Under the pieces are notes generated by a model that ran no database searches, was not told where the DNA came from, and saw nothing but the letters and a program-made list of their open reading frames with translations. Below, one piece after another: positions 29,138 to 38,847 of a stretch of DNA of 64,000 nucleotides (within the stretch, counting starts at the first letter, position 1; every line of letters starts with the position of its first letter). Position numbers and translations under genes: made by a program. The DNA is from a virus. The stretch covers positions 52,258-116,257 of IMG/VR virus record IMGVR_UViG_3300022188_000226; one strand, written 5' to 3'.

Positions 29138-30241
29138 ATGAAAGTTAATTTCGTTGATTTGGTAAGCCAGTATGCAGTAATTAAAGATGATGTACTGTCT
29201 GATACAGAGGCAGTACTTAGTACTGGTGGATTTATAGGGGCTCAAGAATTTGAAGAAAAGTTTTCAGCTTTTCATGGAAAAAAATATTGTGTTGGAGTTG
29301 GTTCTGGTACAGACGCGTTATGGCTATCTCTGTTGGCCCTAGGTATTGGTATAGGTGACGAAGTGATAGTGCCTTCTAACACCTATATTGCTTCAGCATT
29401 CGCAATATCACACACTGGAGCAACACCAGTATTTGTTGACCCTAATCCAGAAACTTATGTTATAGATGTTGATAGTATAAGAAGTGCTATTACAGATAAG
29501 ACTAAAGCAATAATGCCTGTACATTTATATGGTCACCCAGTAAACATGACAAAACTAATGTCGTTTGTTAGTAGTAAAGATATATTTGTGGTAGAAGATT
29601 GTGCTCAATCTGTGGGTGCTTCGTGTTTAAATAAAAAGACGGGTACTTTTGGAGATGTCGGTTGTTACTCGTTTTATCCAGCTAAGAATCTTGGAGGTCT
29701 TGGGCAAGGAGGAGCAATAGTAACTGATAACGAGAGGTTGGCTATAATGGTTAGGGAGTTAGGGAATGTTGGTAGGTCAGAAGGGTCTTGGTTTGATTAT
29801 ATTCATAAAGGATTTAATTCAAGACTAGACGCTTTAAATGCCAAATTTCTTAGTAGAGGGCTTAACTATTTAGATACTTGGAATAACGCACGTGTAAATT
29901 CTGCTGTAGTGTATTCTGAACTTTTAGATGGAGTTCCTGTGGTTACACCACAATTGCCTACTGACGATTTTTATCCAGTGTTTCATTTATATGAGATAAA
30001 ATGTCAATCTGAAGTTGTTCGTGATGAATTAAAAGCTTTTCTTGGAAAAAAAGAAATAGCTTGCGGGCTTCACTACCCTATTCCATGTCATCGTCAGCCT
30101 GTTTATAAGGAGTTATTTGCCGAGTGCCCTATAGCTGATGAACTGTCTAAAACCTTGTTATCGCTTCCTATACACCCAGGTTTAAAATATAGTGAGATAG
30201 TGTATGTCAGTGAGGCTATATGTGAATTTTTTGATAAGTAA
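29138..30241 (+). CDS. DegT/DnrJ/EryC1/StrS PLP aminotransferase (WbpE/FdtB-like)
   Basis: SGTDAL, PVHLYG, EDCAQ, SFYPAKNLG, NSRLD, HYPIP. Confidence 0.96.
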   Translation: MKVNFVDLVSQYAVIKDDVLSDTEAVLSTGGFIGAQEFEEKFSAFHGKKYCVGVGSGTDALWLSLLALGIGIGDEVIVPSNTYIASAFAISHTGATPVFVDPNPETYVIDVDSIRSAITDKTKAIMPVHLYGHPVNMTKLMSFVSSKDIFVVEDCAQSVGASCLNKKTGTFGDVGCYSFYPAKNLGGLGQGGAIVTDNERLAIMVRELGNVGRSEGSWFDYIHKGFNSRLDALNAKFLSRGLNYLDTWNNARVNSAVVYSELLDGVPVVTPQLPTDDFYPVFHLYEIKCQSEVVRDELKAFLGKKEIACGLHYPIPCHRQPVYKELFAECPIADELSKTLLSLPIHPGLKYSEIVYVSEAICEFFDK

Positions 30242-30281
30242 ATTGTATAGTTGATAGTAAGGGAAAAGGAGGTGAATTTTT

Positions 30282-30770
30282 TTGGATTTAAGTAATATAA
30301 AATTTATAATAAGTGAAGTAGATGGTGTAATAACAGAACACCTATCCGGTATAGGTGAGATGGGTATCACTTTATTCAAACAATTCTGTATTAAGGAATT
30401 TGAGGCAATAAACTTTATCAAAAAAGATTGGGGTTTCGCTTTTTTGTCAATTGACGCAGCTATAAGTATGTCTACATGTAAGAAAAAGAACATACCTTTC
30501 TTTTTTGCTGAGAGAAGTAAGAAAGAAATATTTAATAATATGTTGCGGCGTTATGATATTACAGCAGATAATGTACTATATATAGGAAGTATGTATTCTG
30601 ACATAGAATGTATGAAGATGTCTAGTTTATCGATGTGTCCTGAGGATGCTTCACAGCAGGTAAAAAATGTGGCTGATCACGTGATTCCGGTTTATAGTGG
30701 TAATGGTGTGCTGTGCTATGTGTATGATACTTTATTTAGTTACAAACTTAGTAAGAATAGGGGTGAATAA
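30282..30770 (+). CDS. KdsC-like HAD phosphatase with degenerate motifs
   Basis: IISEVDGVIT (DxDG read as ExDG), YIGSMYSDI, CPEDA..VK..AD, GNG. Confidence 0.75.
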   Translation: MDLSNIKFIISEVDGVITEHLSGIGEMGITLFKQFCIKEFEAINFIKKDWGFAFLSIDAAISMSTCKKKNIPFFFAERSKKEIFNNMLRRYDITADNVLYIGSMYSDIECMKMSSLSMCPEDASQQVKNVADHVIPVYSGNGVLCYVYDTLFSYKLSKNRGE

Positions 30771-33254
30771 TTGTCTATTTTACGAATGGAAGTGGGTAAA
30801 ATACTCCTCAGGGACGTTATAGACACTGCGTATGGTAATATATACGAAACAATTGTGTTTAAGAATGTATATAAAAATCCTGTAGTTATAGCATATATCA
30901 TGACGAGAGTTGGTGGTGAGTCTATTGATGTTCGTGTTAGAAATGTTACCCAGTTAACTTGTGAAATTTTTATGCAGGAATGGGATAATGAAGAACATTC
31001 TAGTGAGTGGGTTTCTTATATGGTTATTGAGTCCGGCAAATATCTTTTACCTAGTGGTTTAAGTGTTGAAGCAGACACAACATCCATTCCTGCAACAGCT
31101 GTACATAATGCTACAGAGGGTCCAGGTAGTTTCAATACCGTCAACATTAATTTCCAAACTATTTTTTCTACAGATCCTGCATTTTTTGTGACCTTAAATA
31201 CCTTCAATAATAATGACTTTATGTCTGTTTCTTCTATGTCTATTACCTCTTCAGGGGCAGAAGTATTTCAAGAAAAACAACGTACTAATAAAACTCCGGC
31301 TGATGAAATTGCTGGGTGGGTAGCCATATCAGAATTTTCTGGTGAATTACCGTGGGAAACAGTTTTTGAAACAGGGAAATTTAGTGATGGTTCTAGTGAT
31401 GGGGTCGGTGACACACCACACAAAGTAACATATACGCAAACCTATAGTGAGCCTCCGATAGTTTTTTCACAAGTTAACACACTTAATGGTTGGGATGGTT
31501 CATGGGCTAGAGGGTATTTTTGGGCACTAGATTATTTTGAAACATATGCCGAAGAAGCAGACGATGGTGGGGGCATGTCGCACAATGATGAGGTATTTTC
31601 TCATTTAGTATTTGACTCGGAATTTAGTATTATATACGATGAAACTTTTGGCATCTTTACATCAGAAAAATATAGAAATATTTGTACTGTAGATCCGTAT
31701 GTGTTTAAAGCGTCAGTTACTGGTGTAAAAATATATGATCTTGCTTCAGAATCTTTGGTAAGTTGTGCAACTTTTTCAGGCGGGGTAAATTCTGTTTGGG
31801 CAAATGATGACTATCTTTATGCAGCAACATCGTTTTCTGGTGTATGCAGAGCTACAATCAGTACTGTAACCGGTACTATAACATTTTCTGAGTACAAAAG
31901 TTACCCCAACATAACAGCTAACGATGTGAACTATATACATGGGTCAGGCGATTACCTATGTATATCTACAGTATCAGGTGTTGATAGAATAAAAATATCT
32001 AATGGCACTAGAGAATATCAAACATCTTCTCGTTCTAGTAAATGTTTTCAAACTAGTAAGGGTGATTATTATTATGTAGTAAACCAATTTAAAGATATAC
32101 AAGGACTTGATGATAATCTTTTTTGGTGGAGTTATGGTCGAGAAGTTAATCTATCCTCAACTATTCCAGAAGATAATTATCAATTAAAATTAACAATTCC
32201 AATAACACAACCAGATAACATTTATACACAAGCTATGCAGGAGGGTATAGATGTTAGAGTAATAGATAGTAATGGACAGTGTGTTCCACATTTTATAGAG
32301 GTTTGGGATTATGTTTCTCCTGTAGATATCTGGGTAAAATTATCAAGAGGTGTAGATACATTATATATAATATATGGAAACCGTTCGGTAGTAGATACTT
32401 CTAGTGCTGAGGGTACGTTTAGATTATACGACCATTTTGAAGGTACAACACTAAATGAGGAGCGTTGGGACTTTGATGACGGGGGTTCTTCTACCAATAC
32501 ATATATCGTAGCTAATAGTGTTTTATCTATTAGAACAACCAGTAACGATTATACTGTTAAATTGTATTCTAATGAGGCTTTTTTTGGTGGGGTTATAGAG
32601 GCTAAAGTAAAGTATCGTACTACTGACCTTGAAGATGACATGGATTATACATTAACTTTTTTAGATAGTGTGCTTTCTTATATAGGGGTTGACGATAGTT
32701 GGCATGAATTTCCGCATTACATAAGGACTTATGATCCACAAGGAGTAAGTACTACTACGTACGGAACAAAATTACTTAGTACAGAATGGAAAATTCATAC
32801 TGTAGTAGAAACGCCGGATTATCAAGCTTCTAATTATGATGGGGAGACTGTGGCAACTTCAGCAACATTGGATTCTGGTTACAGAAAAATAAGGTTTTCT
32901 TATAATTCAGGGGCTAATAAGCCGGATCTTGATATAGATTGGGTACGTGTAAGAAATTATGACCAAAACCCACCAGTTGTAGTGGTAGAACGTGGTAAAA
33001 GTATAAACGATTTATTTGATGCTGCAGAGCTTCACGCGGTATACGATAATGGAGATAGTTATACGTATAGTTCGTCTCAGAACGATGTAATATCCTCAGC
33101 ATATATATCAGATTTATATGTGACTGAAAATACGTCTATTTATGGTGATGGTAATGTTATATTTTTGGGTACTTCTTGGGGAGCTTATGTTTTAGAAGAA
33201 AAACGTGGTGATGAAAGTAATTGCCGTAAAAGAATATATTTAATTGAGACTTGA
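30771..33254 (+). CDS. large beta-rich protein: repeated lectin-like N-terminal modules + DUF2341-like domain (probable virion/adhesion protein)
   Basis: Three F/Y..P.V...T..G repeats; YQLKLTI...DVRVID...IWVKL...YIIYGN...YDHFEG; IDWVRVRNY. Confidence 0.6.
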   Translation: MSILRMEVGKILLRDVIDTAYGNIYETIVFKNVYKNPVVIAYIMTRVGGESIDVRVRNVTQLTCEIFMQEWDNEEHSSEWVSYMVIESGKYLLPSGLSVEADTTSIPATAVHNATEGPGSFNTVNINFQTIFSTDPAFFVTLNTFNNNDFMSVSSMSITSSGAEVFQEKQRTNKTPADEIAGWVAISEFSGELPWETVFETGKFSDGSSDGVGDTPHKVTYTQTYSEPPIVFSQVNTLNGWDGSWARGYFWALDYFETYAEEADDGGGMSHNDEVFSHLVFDSEFSIIYDETFGIFTSEKYRNICTVDPYVFKASVTGVKIYDLASESLVSCATFSGGVNSVWANDDYLYAATSFSGVCRATISTVTGTITFSEYKSYPNITANDVNYIHGSGDYLCISTVSGVDRIKISNGTREYQTSSRSSKCFQTSKGDYYYVVNQFKDIQGLDDNLFWWSYGREVNLSSTIPEDNYQLKLTIPITQPDNIYTQAMQEGIDVRVIDSNGQCVPHFIEVWDYVSPVDIWVKLSRGVDTLYIIYGNRSVVDTSSAEGTFRLYDHFEGTTLNEERWDFDDGGSSTNTYIVANSVLSIRTTSNDYTVKLYSNEAFFGGVIEAKVKYRTTDLEDDMDYTLTFLDSVLSYIGVDDSWHEFPHYIRTYDPQGVSTTTYGTKLLSTEWKIHTVVETPDYQASNYDGETVATSATLDSGYRKIRFSYNSGANKPDLDIDWVRVRNYDQNPPVVVVERGKSINDLFDAAELHAVYDNGDSYTYSSSQNDVISSAYISDLYVTENTSIYGDGNVIFLGTSWGAYVLEEKRGDESNCRKRIYLIET

Positions 33255-33280
33255 CAAGCTCAATTTTGTGATTATATTAT
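33250..33280 (+). promoter_or_regulatory. phage consensus promoter (dnaX-polA operon)
   Basis: CTTGACA-N16-TATATT. Confidence 0.8.
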
Positions 33281-33323
33281 AGAAGTACAATTACATCACA
33301 GGAAAAGGAATGGAGGTTTATAT

Positions 33324-34406
33324 ATGATTTTAAGACGAGAAACTTCAAGTGGGTCTAATGACCTTAATGTAGTCTATCGCCCTTGTCTTGTTACCGAGAT
33401 GCTTGGTAACGAAACCAATAAGCGAATTATTAAGAATGCGTTAGACTCAGGAAAAGTTCCCCATACGCAGTTATTTACTGGAGATGCTGGGTGCGGTAAA
33501 ACTACGGCAGCAAAGATAATTGCTTTAGGGTTAAATTGTGAAGAGAATGGTGTTAGTTCTAATCCATGTTTAAAATGTAAGTCGTGTAGAACTATACTAG
33601 AAGGAAATAGTTTAGGGGTTAAAGAGATTAATGTAGGGCAGTCCGGCGGAAAAGATTATGTAGATGCAATGGTAAGAGAACTTCCATTGTCTCCTTTTGA
33701 TACGAGATACAAGATTTTAATCTTCGATGAAGCACACGAACTTACGACAGCCGCTAAAGATCTTCTCCTTAAGCCAATAGAAGCTGGCTATGAACATGTG
33801 TATTTCATTTTTTGTACAAATCAACCTGAAAAATTACGTAGCAAAAAGAAGGATGCTGGTGAAGCGTTTCTTGATAGGTGTTCTGTACTTAATTTTAGTA
33901 GAATACCCATAGAAAAAGTACGGGGTCTACTACAGAACATATGTGAGTTTGAGGGGTTTCACTACAATGTAGACGTGTTAGATTTAATTGCTGAGGAATC
34001 AAAAGGAGTACCACGTAATGCAATTGTGTGGGTAAACCAGGTAGCTACTGAAGGTTCTTGGCTTGTTAGTGCAGCTAAAGAAATCTGTAGTGTAATGTCA
34101 GATGAGGATGAACCTAGGGTTCTTGAACTATGTCGGGCACTTAATAAAGGTAGTTGGATAGAAGCTATCGAAATATTTGGTGGTATAAAGACAATCCCAG
34201 TAGAAACTGTTAGGATATCTGTATCTGGTTACTTTGTAAGTTGTTTGAAGAGGGCAAAGAAGTTTGGGGACGGTAAAAAATATTCAAGGGTTCTTGATAT
34301 AGTCACTATACCAATTTTTGAGCAAGGAAAACTAGCAGAACATAAGTGGTATAATTACATGTTTAAAATTGTTGATACTGTTTCTGCAGCCGGAAGGAGA
34401 GTTTAA
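33324..34406 (+). CDS. dnaX: clamp loader ATPase, DNA polymerase III gamma/tau-like
   Basis: YRP, GDAGCGKTT, LNC...PCLKCKSC, IFDEAH, LLKPIE, DRC. Confidence 0.93.
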   Translation: MILRRETSSGSNDLNVVYRPCLVTEMLGNETNKRIIKNALDSGKVPHTQLFTGDAGCGKTTAAKIIALGLNCEENGVSSNPCLKCKSCRTILEGNSLGVKEINVGQSGGKDYVDAMVRELPLSPFDTRYKILIFDEAHELTTAAKDLLLKPIEAGYEHVYFIFCTNQPEKLRSKKKDAGEAFLDRCSVLNFSRIPIEKVRGLLQNICEFEGFHYNVDVLDLIAEESKGVPRNAIVWVNQVATEGSWLVSAAKEICSVMSDEDEPRVLELCRALNKGSWIEAIEIFGGIKTIPVETVRISVSGYFVSCLKRAKKFGDGKKYSRVLDIVTIPIFEQGKLAEHKWYNYMFKIVDTVSAAGRRV

Positions 34407-37400
34407 TGTCAGGATTAATAGAAGATACCAAGTCGATGCTTCCACCACCTAATTATAAATATATTACCACAGAAGAAGAAGCAAGAGGGGCGATGTCTGT
34501 TTTAGATAATTACCCCATACACTCTATGGATATTGAAGCAACTGCTCTTGATCCTTATGAGGCTAGATGGACTTTGTTACAGGTAGGAATACCAGACCAG
34601 GTTTTTGTTTTTGATGTAAGACATGATACTGAGCACAGTAGTTTACACCCAGAAGTGTTAGACCCAATGCTTCAAGACCAAACAAAGGTTCGTATATTTC
34701 AGAATGCATCTTATGATATGAAAGTCATTAAAAGAAGTCGCGGGTATTATCTTGATAATATATATGATACGATGCTTATAGAGCAGTTGAGTTATCTTGG
34801 GCTTGGTTTTACAAAAACTAGTTTGGATGCTTTAGTTTTCAGACATCTTGGTTTATATATGTCTAAAGAACCTAGAAATACTTTTGCTGATTACTATCAG
34901 AAGTATAAACCTTTTCAACTAGAGTATGCAGCTAACGATGTAGTTCCTTTACAGATGATTAAAGATTTACAGTGGCCTAATATACAGAAAGAGGGGTTAG
35001 AGGGTGTTGCACAGTTGGAGTTTGAATTCTTAGTCCCGTTATGCGAAATGGAACTAAATGGAATTTGTATAGACGAGCATAAGTGGCGAAAAATGATGGC
35101 TGAAGTTAAGGATGAACGAGATAATGTTCACAGTATTATACAAGAAACACTAGCAGAATCACAGGCACAAGCTACTATGTTTGGGGTATCTCTAACTAAT
35201 ATTGATAGCCCTTCACAGCTTAAAAAGGCTTTAAGTAGATACGGTTTACCACTTGATAGTACTGCAGAAGAAGCTTTAAAAAAGCATCAAGGCTTGCCTG
35301 TAATTGACGCACTACTTGATTATAGGAAAGCTAATAAACTTATAAGCACTTATTCCGAAACACTACTTGCTAAAATTAATAAAGTAACTGGCAGATTACA
35401 TACAAACTTTAGACAAATGGTTGCTACAGGTCGTATGAGTAGTTCTAATCCAAATTTACAGAACATACCAAAGAAGCAAAAGTTTCGTTCATGTTTTGTA
35501 GCTAAAGAAGGGTATTCGTTATTAACTGCTGATATGTCTGGTGCCGAGCTCCGTATTCTTGGTAATTTATCAAAAGATCCAGTGTTCATTGACGCATATG
35601 CTACTGGTCAGGATTTACATACACGTACTGGTTCGGAAATGTTCAAGGTTGCTTATGAGGAGGTACAGAAGCATCAACGTAACGCAGCAAAATCTGTGAA
35701 TTTTGGTCTTTGCGGGTCGGAAGATACTGATATTATTACTAATTTAGGAATAAAAAAAATAAAAGAGGTTAAAGCTAGAGACAAGGTAGCACATGATGTT
35801 GGTTTTAACGAAGTAATAGATAGTGCTTTTATGGGACAAAAAGAAGTTTTTGAAATTAAAACTAAATACGGTTATACATTAGAAGTAACAGCAGACCACC
35901 CAATGAAAGTAATAAACAGTGATGGAGATTATGTTGATAAGAAATTAAAAGATTTGAATTTGAATACTGATTTAGTATGTATCAAAAATGGAGCTAACTT
36001 ATTTCCACATGAAGAAGTATTTTTTGACAAGTTTGAAGTGTCAAAAGTTACTAATTATAAACATATAGATTTACCAAAAAAACTCAATTCATGTGTGGCG
36101 GCGTTTTTAGGTTTATTTATTGCTGAAGGAAGTGTGTTCAAAACAAGAGGTAGCTCAAATTATGGGGTTGTTGCGTTTGGTTTTAGTAAAGAAAACAAAG
36201 AATTTATATATAATATGGATAAATTATTTAACAATCTATTTGGCCACAGGGTATCTATCCATGATGGTAAATATAAGAGATATACGATCAATTCTGTTTT
36301 GTTTGCTGAGTGGCTTGTTACTATTTTAGACATTAAGGGGCATAACAAGACTGATGATATTGGTATTCCTGATTGTATAAAAAGATCACCGAGAAAACAT
36401 CAGGTAGAATTTTTGAAGTGGTTGTTTGAAGGGGATGGTACAATTAAGAAAAACGGTAAAGGGTGTAAAATATGTTACAGTAGCAACTCTAAAAAACTTG
36501 TAAAAGATATTCAGACTGTGCTTCTAAACTTTGGGGTGTTATCATCTATTACTATAGAAAGCAGGAGTGGTTACGATAAAAATTATTATGCGTTGTCTAT
36601 TATAACTGTGACTAATGAATTGTTTATGTCTGAAATTGGATTTTTAACTAAGGTCAAAAATGATAAATATATAAATCTCGTGAAGCATATTATTTCCTCT
36701 TATTTTGTGGGCCGCCATAAAGAAAGGATTAAAGATGTTGTGTTGAATAATTATGTAAGTACTCAACTAGAAAGTAGATTTAGCGAAAGTATGTGTGGTG
36801 ATAACGTTGGAAATATTTACCTAAAAGAGTTGTCTAAATACGATGAATTTTTTGATTTTATATACAAAAATAATATAGTTCCATTAAAAATAAAATCTAT
36901 AATGACTAAAGGTATTAAAAGAGTTTACGACTTGGCTATTGAAAACCATCAATATTTTTTAGCCAATGGTTTTATTGTACATAATTGTTATGGTATGTCC
37001 GCAGTTGGTTTATCAAAGAGATTAAAAGTGTCCAAAAAGGAAGCAGAAAATCTTATTTTTAGATATTTTAATGCCTATAAAGGAGTTAAAAAGTATTTAG
37101 ATAAGGCAGGAAAGGACGCTGTACGAAATAGACATAGTACAACCATTAGTGGACGTCGACGTTACTATAATATGCCTCCTCATGACCACCCAGATCGTAG
37201 AATGATGCAAAGTAGGATAGAAAGACAGGGTAAGAACGCAGGTATTCAAGGATGTTTGTGTGCAGGTAGCGTTATTAAAGGTATTGGTGCTATAGAAAAT
37301 TGTGTTGATAAGTGTGTAGAAATTAAAACAGGGTTTGGTGACGATAATGCGGTTGGTGTTTATTCTGGTAAGAAGGGGGTTTATAACTTAAAATTATCTA

Positions 37401-38845
37401 ATGGTGTTGAGTTAGGGATTACACTTGATCATAATATACCTGTTGTAAGAGATAATAGCATTGTAGACATACCTGTAGTAGAGTTAAACGATAAAGACTT
37501 TATTTTAGTACCGTTAAACATTACTGACGGGAAAGTTACTGATATTTCTGGATATGATTATAACTGTCCTAATGTTATGGATATTAAATTGTCTTTTATA
37601 TGTGGTTGTTTACTTAGTGATAATTGTTCCATAAAACGTAATCATTTTAGATTTGTTTGTCAAGAACATGAAATAGGGTTGTTTGCTAAATTTAATAACT
37701 ACATAGAGGATTTATTTTGGTATCAGCCTGAAATTAAAGTATTAAATGAAGATAGAAAAACACTTTTGTATGTGTCTAAAATTAGATCAGTAATTGTATG
37801 TGAATTTATGAAACATATCGGGTTAGACTGTGTTAAACATGTAGAAAAGAAGATTCCTGAGTATTTTTATACAGAGACTGTTATTAATAAAGGTGAATTG
37901 TTAAATGGGTTGTTTTCTATTAATGGTGGAATGACTTCTAAATCAGGACCAAATTTTACTACATCATCGAAATACTTGGCTAATAGTGTGCACCAATTAC
38001 TATTTACATTAGGCATCAATTCAAATTTAAAAACATATATCGAGAAAGATGAGTGTATTTACAAAATTCAGATACCAAAAAGATTTAATTATAAATTTGA
38101 ACAATACATAGGATTTTCTGTGTTAGAAAAACAACGATGTTTAATTAGTGAAAACAATAATCATGAGTTTGTAGATAATAGTGTTGTCCCAGAGTTTATT
38201 CCTAAAACTATAGAAAAGGTTTTACATAGAAATTCTAATTACCTAGAAGAATTTTCTAAAGATGAAAAAGAATATTTAAGAAGATTTAAATTAGGTAAAT
38301 GCTCTTTCAGTAGTTGGAGAAAATTTTATAAATGTTTACCAGATTGTAAAGAAAAAGTTATGTTATCTAAGTATTTAAATTACGATTTCTGTCATATTCG
38401 TTCTTTAAACTATAGAGGTAAAGAAGATACATACGATATGATGTGTGATAATATTCATTACTTTACAGCTAACGGGGTAATAGTTCATAATTCTAACGCT
38501 GACACAATTAAAGAGGCTATGATTATATTAGTGGAACGTCTTAAAAATTATGATGCAAAACTTATACTGACTGTACATGATGAGGTAGTAGTTGAGGTGG
38601 CAGAAGATCAGAAGTATGAGGTGGCTCCTATAGTTGCTCAATCCCTCATTGATGGTTTTGGTAAATATTTTACTACTATTCCTATGGAAACTGATACTTT
38701 GATTGGTCCAAGCTGGTTAAAAGAATCCTGTAGTAATAGACCAGATGGTAAAAACACGTGTGGCAACACGGAGATGAAATTTGTACCTCACAGTAAATTT
38801 GGAACTAAACTTGTATGTGCTAAATGCGGAGCTGATCAAGAATAG
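34406..38845 (+). CDS. polA: family A DNA polymerase (3'-5' exo + pol) with two inteins (~641 aa after splicing)
   Basis: DIEAT, NASYD, YAAND exo motifs; TGRMSSSNPNLQNIP, ADMSGAELR, AKSVNFGL/CYG, IQG/SNAD, TVHDE. Confidence 0.96.
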   Translation: MSGLIEDTKSMLPPPNYKYITTEEEARGAMSVLDNYPIHSMDIEATALDPYEARWTLLQVGIPDQVFVFDVRHDTEHSSLHPEVLDPMLQDQTKVRIFQNASYDMKVIKRSRGYYLDNIYDTMLIEQLSYLGLGFTKTSLDALVFRHLGLYMSKEPRNTFADYYQKYKPFQLEYAANDVVPLQMIKDLQWPNIQKEGLEGVAQLEFEFLVPLCEMELNGICIDEHKWRKMMAEVKDERDNVHSIIQETLAESQAQATMFGVSLTNIDSPSQLKKALSRYGLPLDSTAEEALKKHQGLPVIDALLDYRKANKLISTYSETLLAKINKVTGRLHTNFRQMVATGRMSSSNPNLQNIPKKQKFRSCFVAKEGYSLLTADMSGAELRILGNLSKDPVFIDAYATGQDLHTRTGSEMFKVAYEEVQKHQRNAAKSVNFGLCGSEDTDIITNLGIKKIKEVKARDKVAHDVGFNEVIDSAFMGQKEVFEIKTKYGYTLEVTADHPMKVINSDGDYVDKKLKDLNLNTDLVCIKNGANLFPHEEVFFDKFEVSKVTNYKHIDLPKKLNSCVAAFLGLFIAEGSVFKTRGSSNYGVVAFGFSKENKEFIYNMDKLFNNLFGHRVSIHDGKYKRYTINSVLFAEWLVTILDIKGHNKTDDIGIPDCIKRSPRKHQVEFLKWLFEGDGTIKKNGKGCKICYSSNSKKLVKDIQTVLLNFGVLSSITIESRSGYDKNYYALSIITVTNELFMSEIGFLTKVKNDKYINLVKHIISSYFVGRHKERIKDVVLNNYVSTQLESRFSESMCGDNVGNIYLKELSKYDEFFDFIYKNNIVPLKIKSIMTKGIKRVYDLAIENHQYFLANGFIVHNCYGMSAVGLSKRLKVSKKEAENLIFRYFNAYKGVKKYLDKAGKDAVRNRHSTTISGRRRYYNMPPHDHPDRRMMQSRIERQGKNAGIQGCLCAGSVIKGIGAIENCVDKCVEIKTGFGDDNAVGVYSGKKGVYNLKLSNGVELGITLDHNIPVVRDNSIVDIPVVELNDKDFILVPLNITDGKVTDISGYDYNCPNVMDIKLSFICGCLLSDNCSIKRNHFRFVCQEHEIGLFAKFNNYIEDLFWYQPEIKVLNEDRKTLLYVSKIRSVIVCEFMKHIGLDCVKHVEKKIPEYFYTETVINKGELLNGLFSINGGMTSKSGPNFTTSSKYLANSVHQLLFTLGINSNLKTYIEKDECIYKIQIPKRFNYKFEQYIGFSVLEKQRCLISENNNHEFVDNSVVPEFIPKTIEKVLHRNSNYLEEFSKDEKEYLRRFKLGKCSFSSWRKFYKCLPDCKEKVMLSKYLNYDFCHIRSLNYRGKEDTYDMMCDNIHYFTANGVIVHNSNADTIKEAMIILVERLKNYDAKLILTVHDEVVVEVAEDQKYEVAPIVAQSLIDGFGKYFTTIPMETDTLIGPSWLKESCSNRPDGKNTCGNTEMKFVPHSKFGTKLVCAKCGADQE
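35711..36985 (+). mobile_element. intein with LAGLIDADG endonuclease in PolA motif B (425 aa)
   Basis: CGSEDT...VTADH...FLGLFIAEG...LFEGDG...IVHN|C. Confidence 0.93.
37253..38491 (+). mobile_element. intein with degenerate LAGLIDADG endonuclease in PolA (413 aa)
   Basis: CLCAGS...ITLDH...IVHN|S; endonuclease motifs decayed (ICGCLLSDN, LFSINGG). Confidence 0.92.
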
Positions 38846-38847
38846 CA

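Noticed and set aside
11172-30770. Bacterial chromosomal O-antigen/capsule locus
   Set aside because: No wzx/wzy/wzm/wzt or initiating transferase; genes carry inteins and are continuous with phage-type replication genes.
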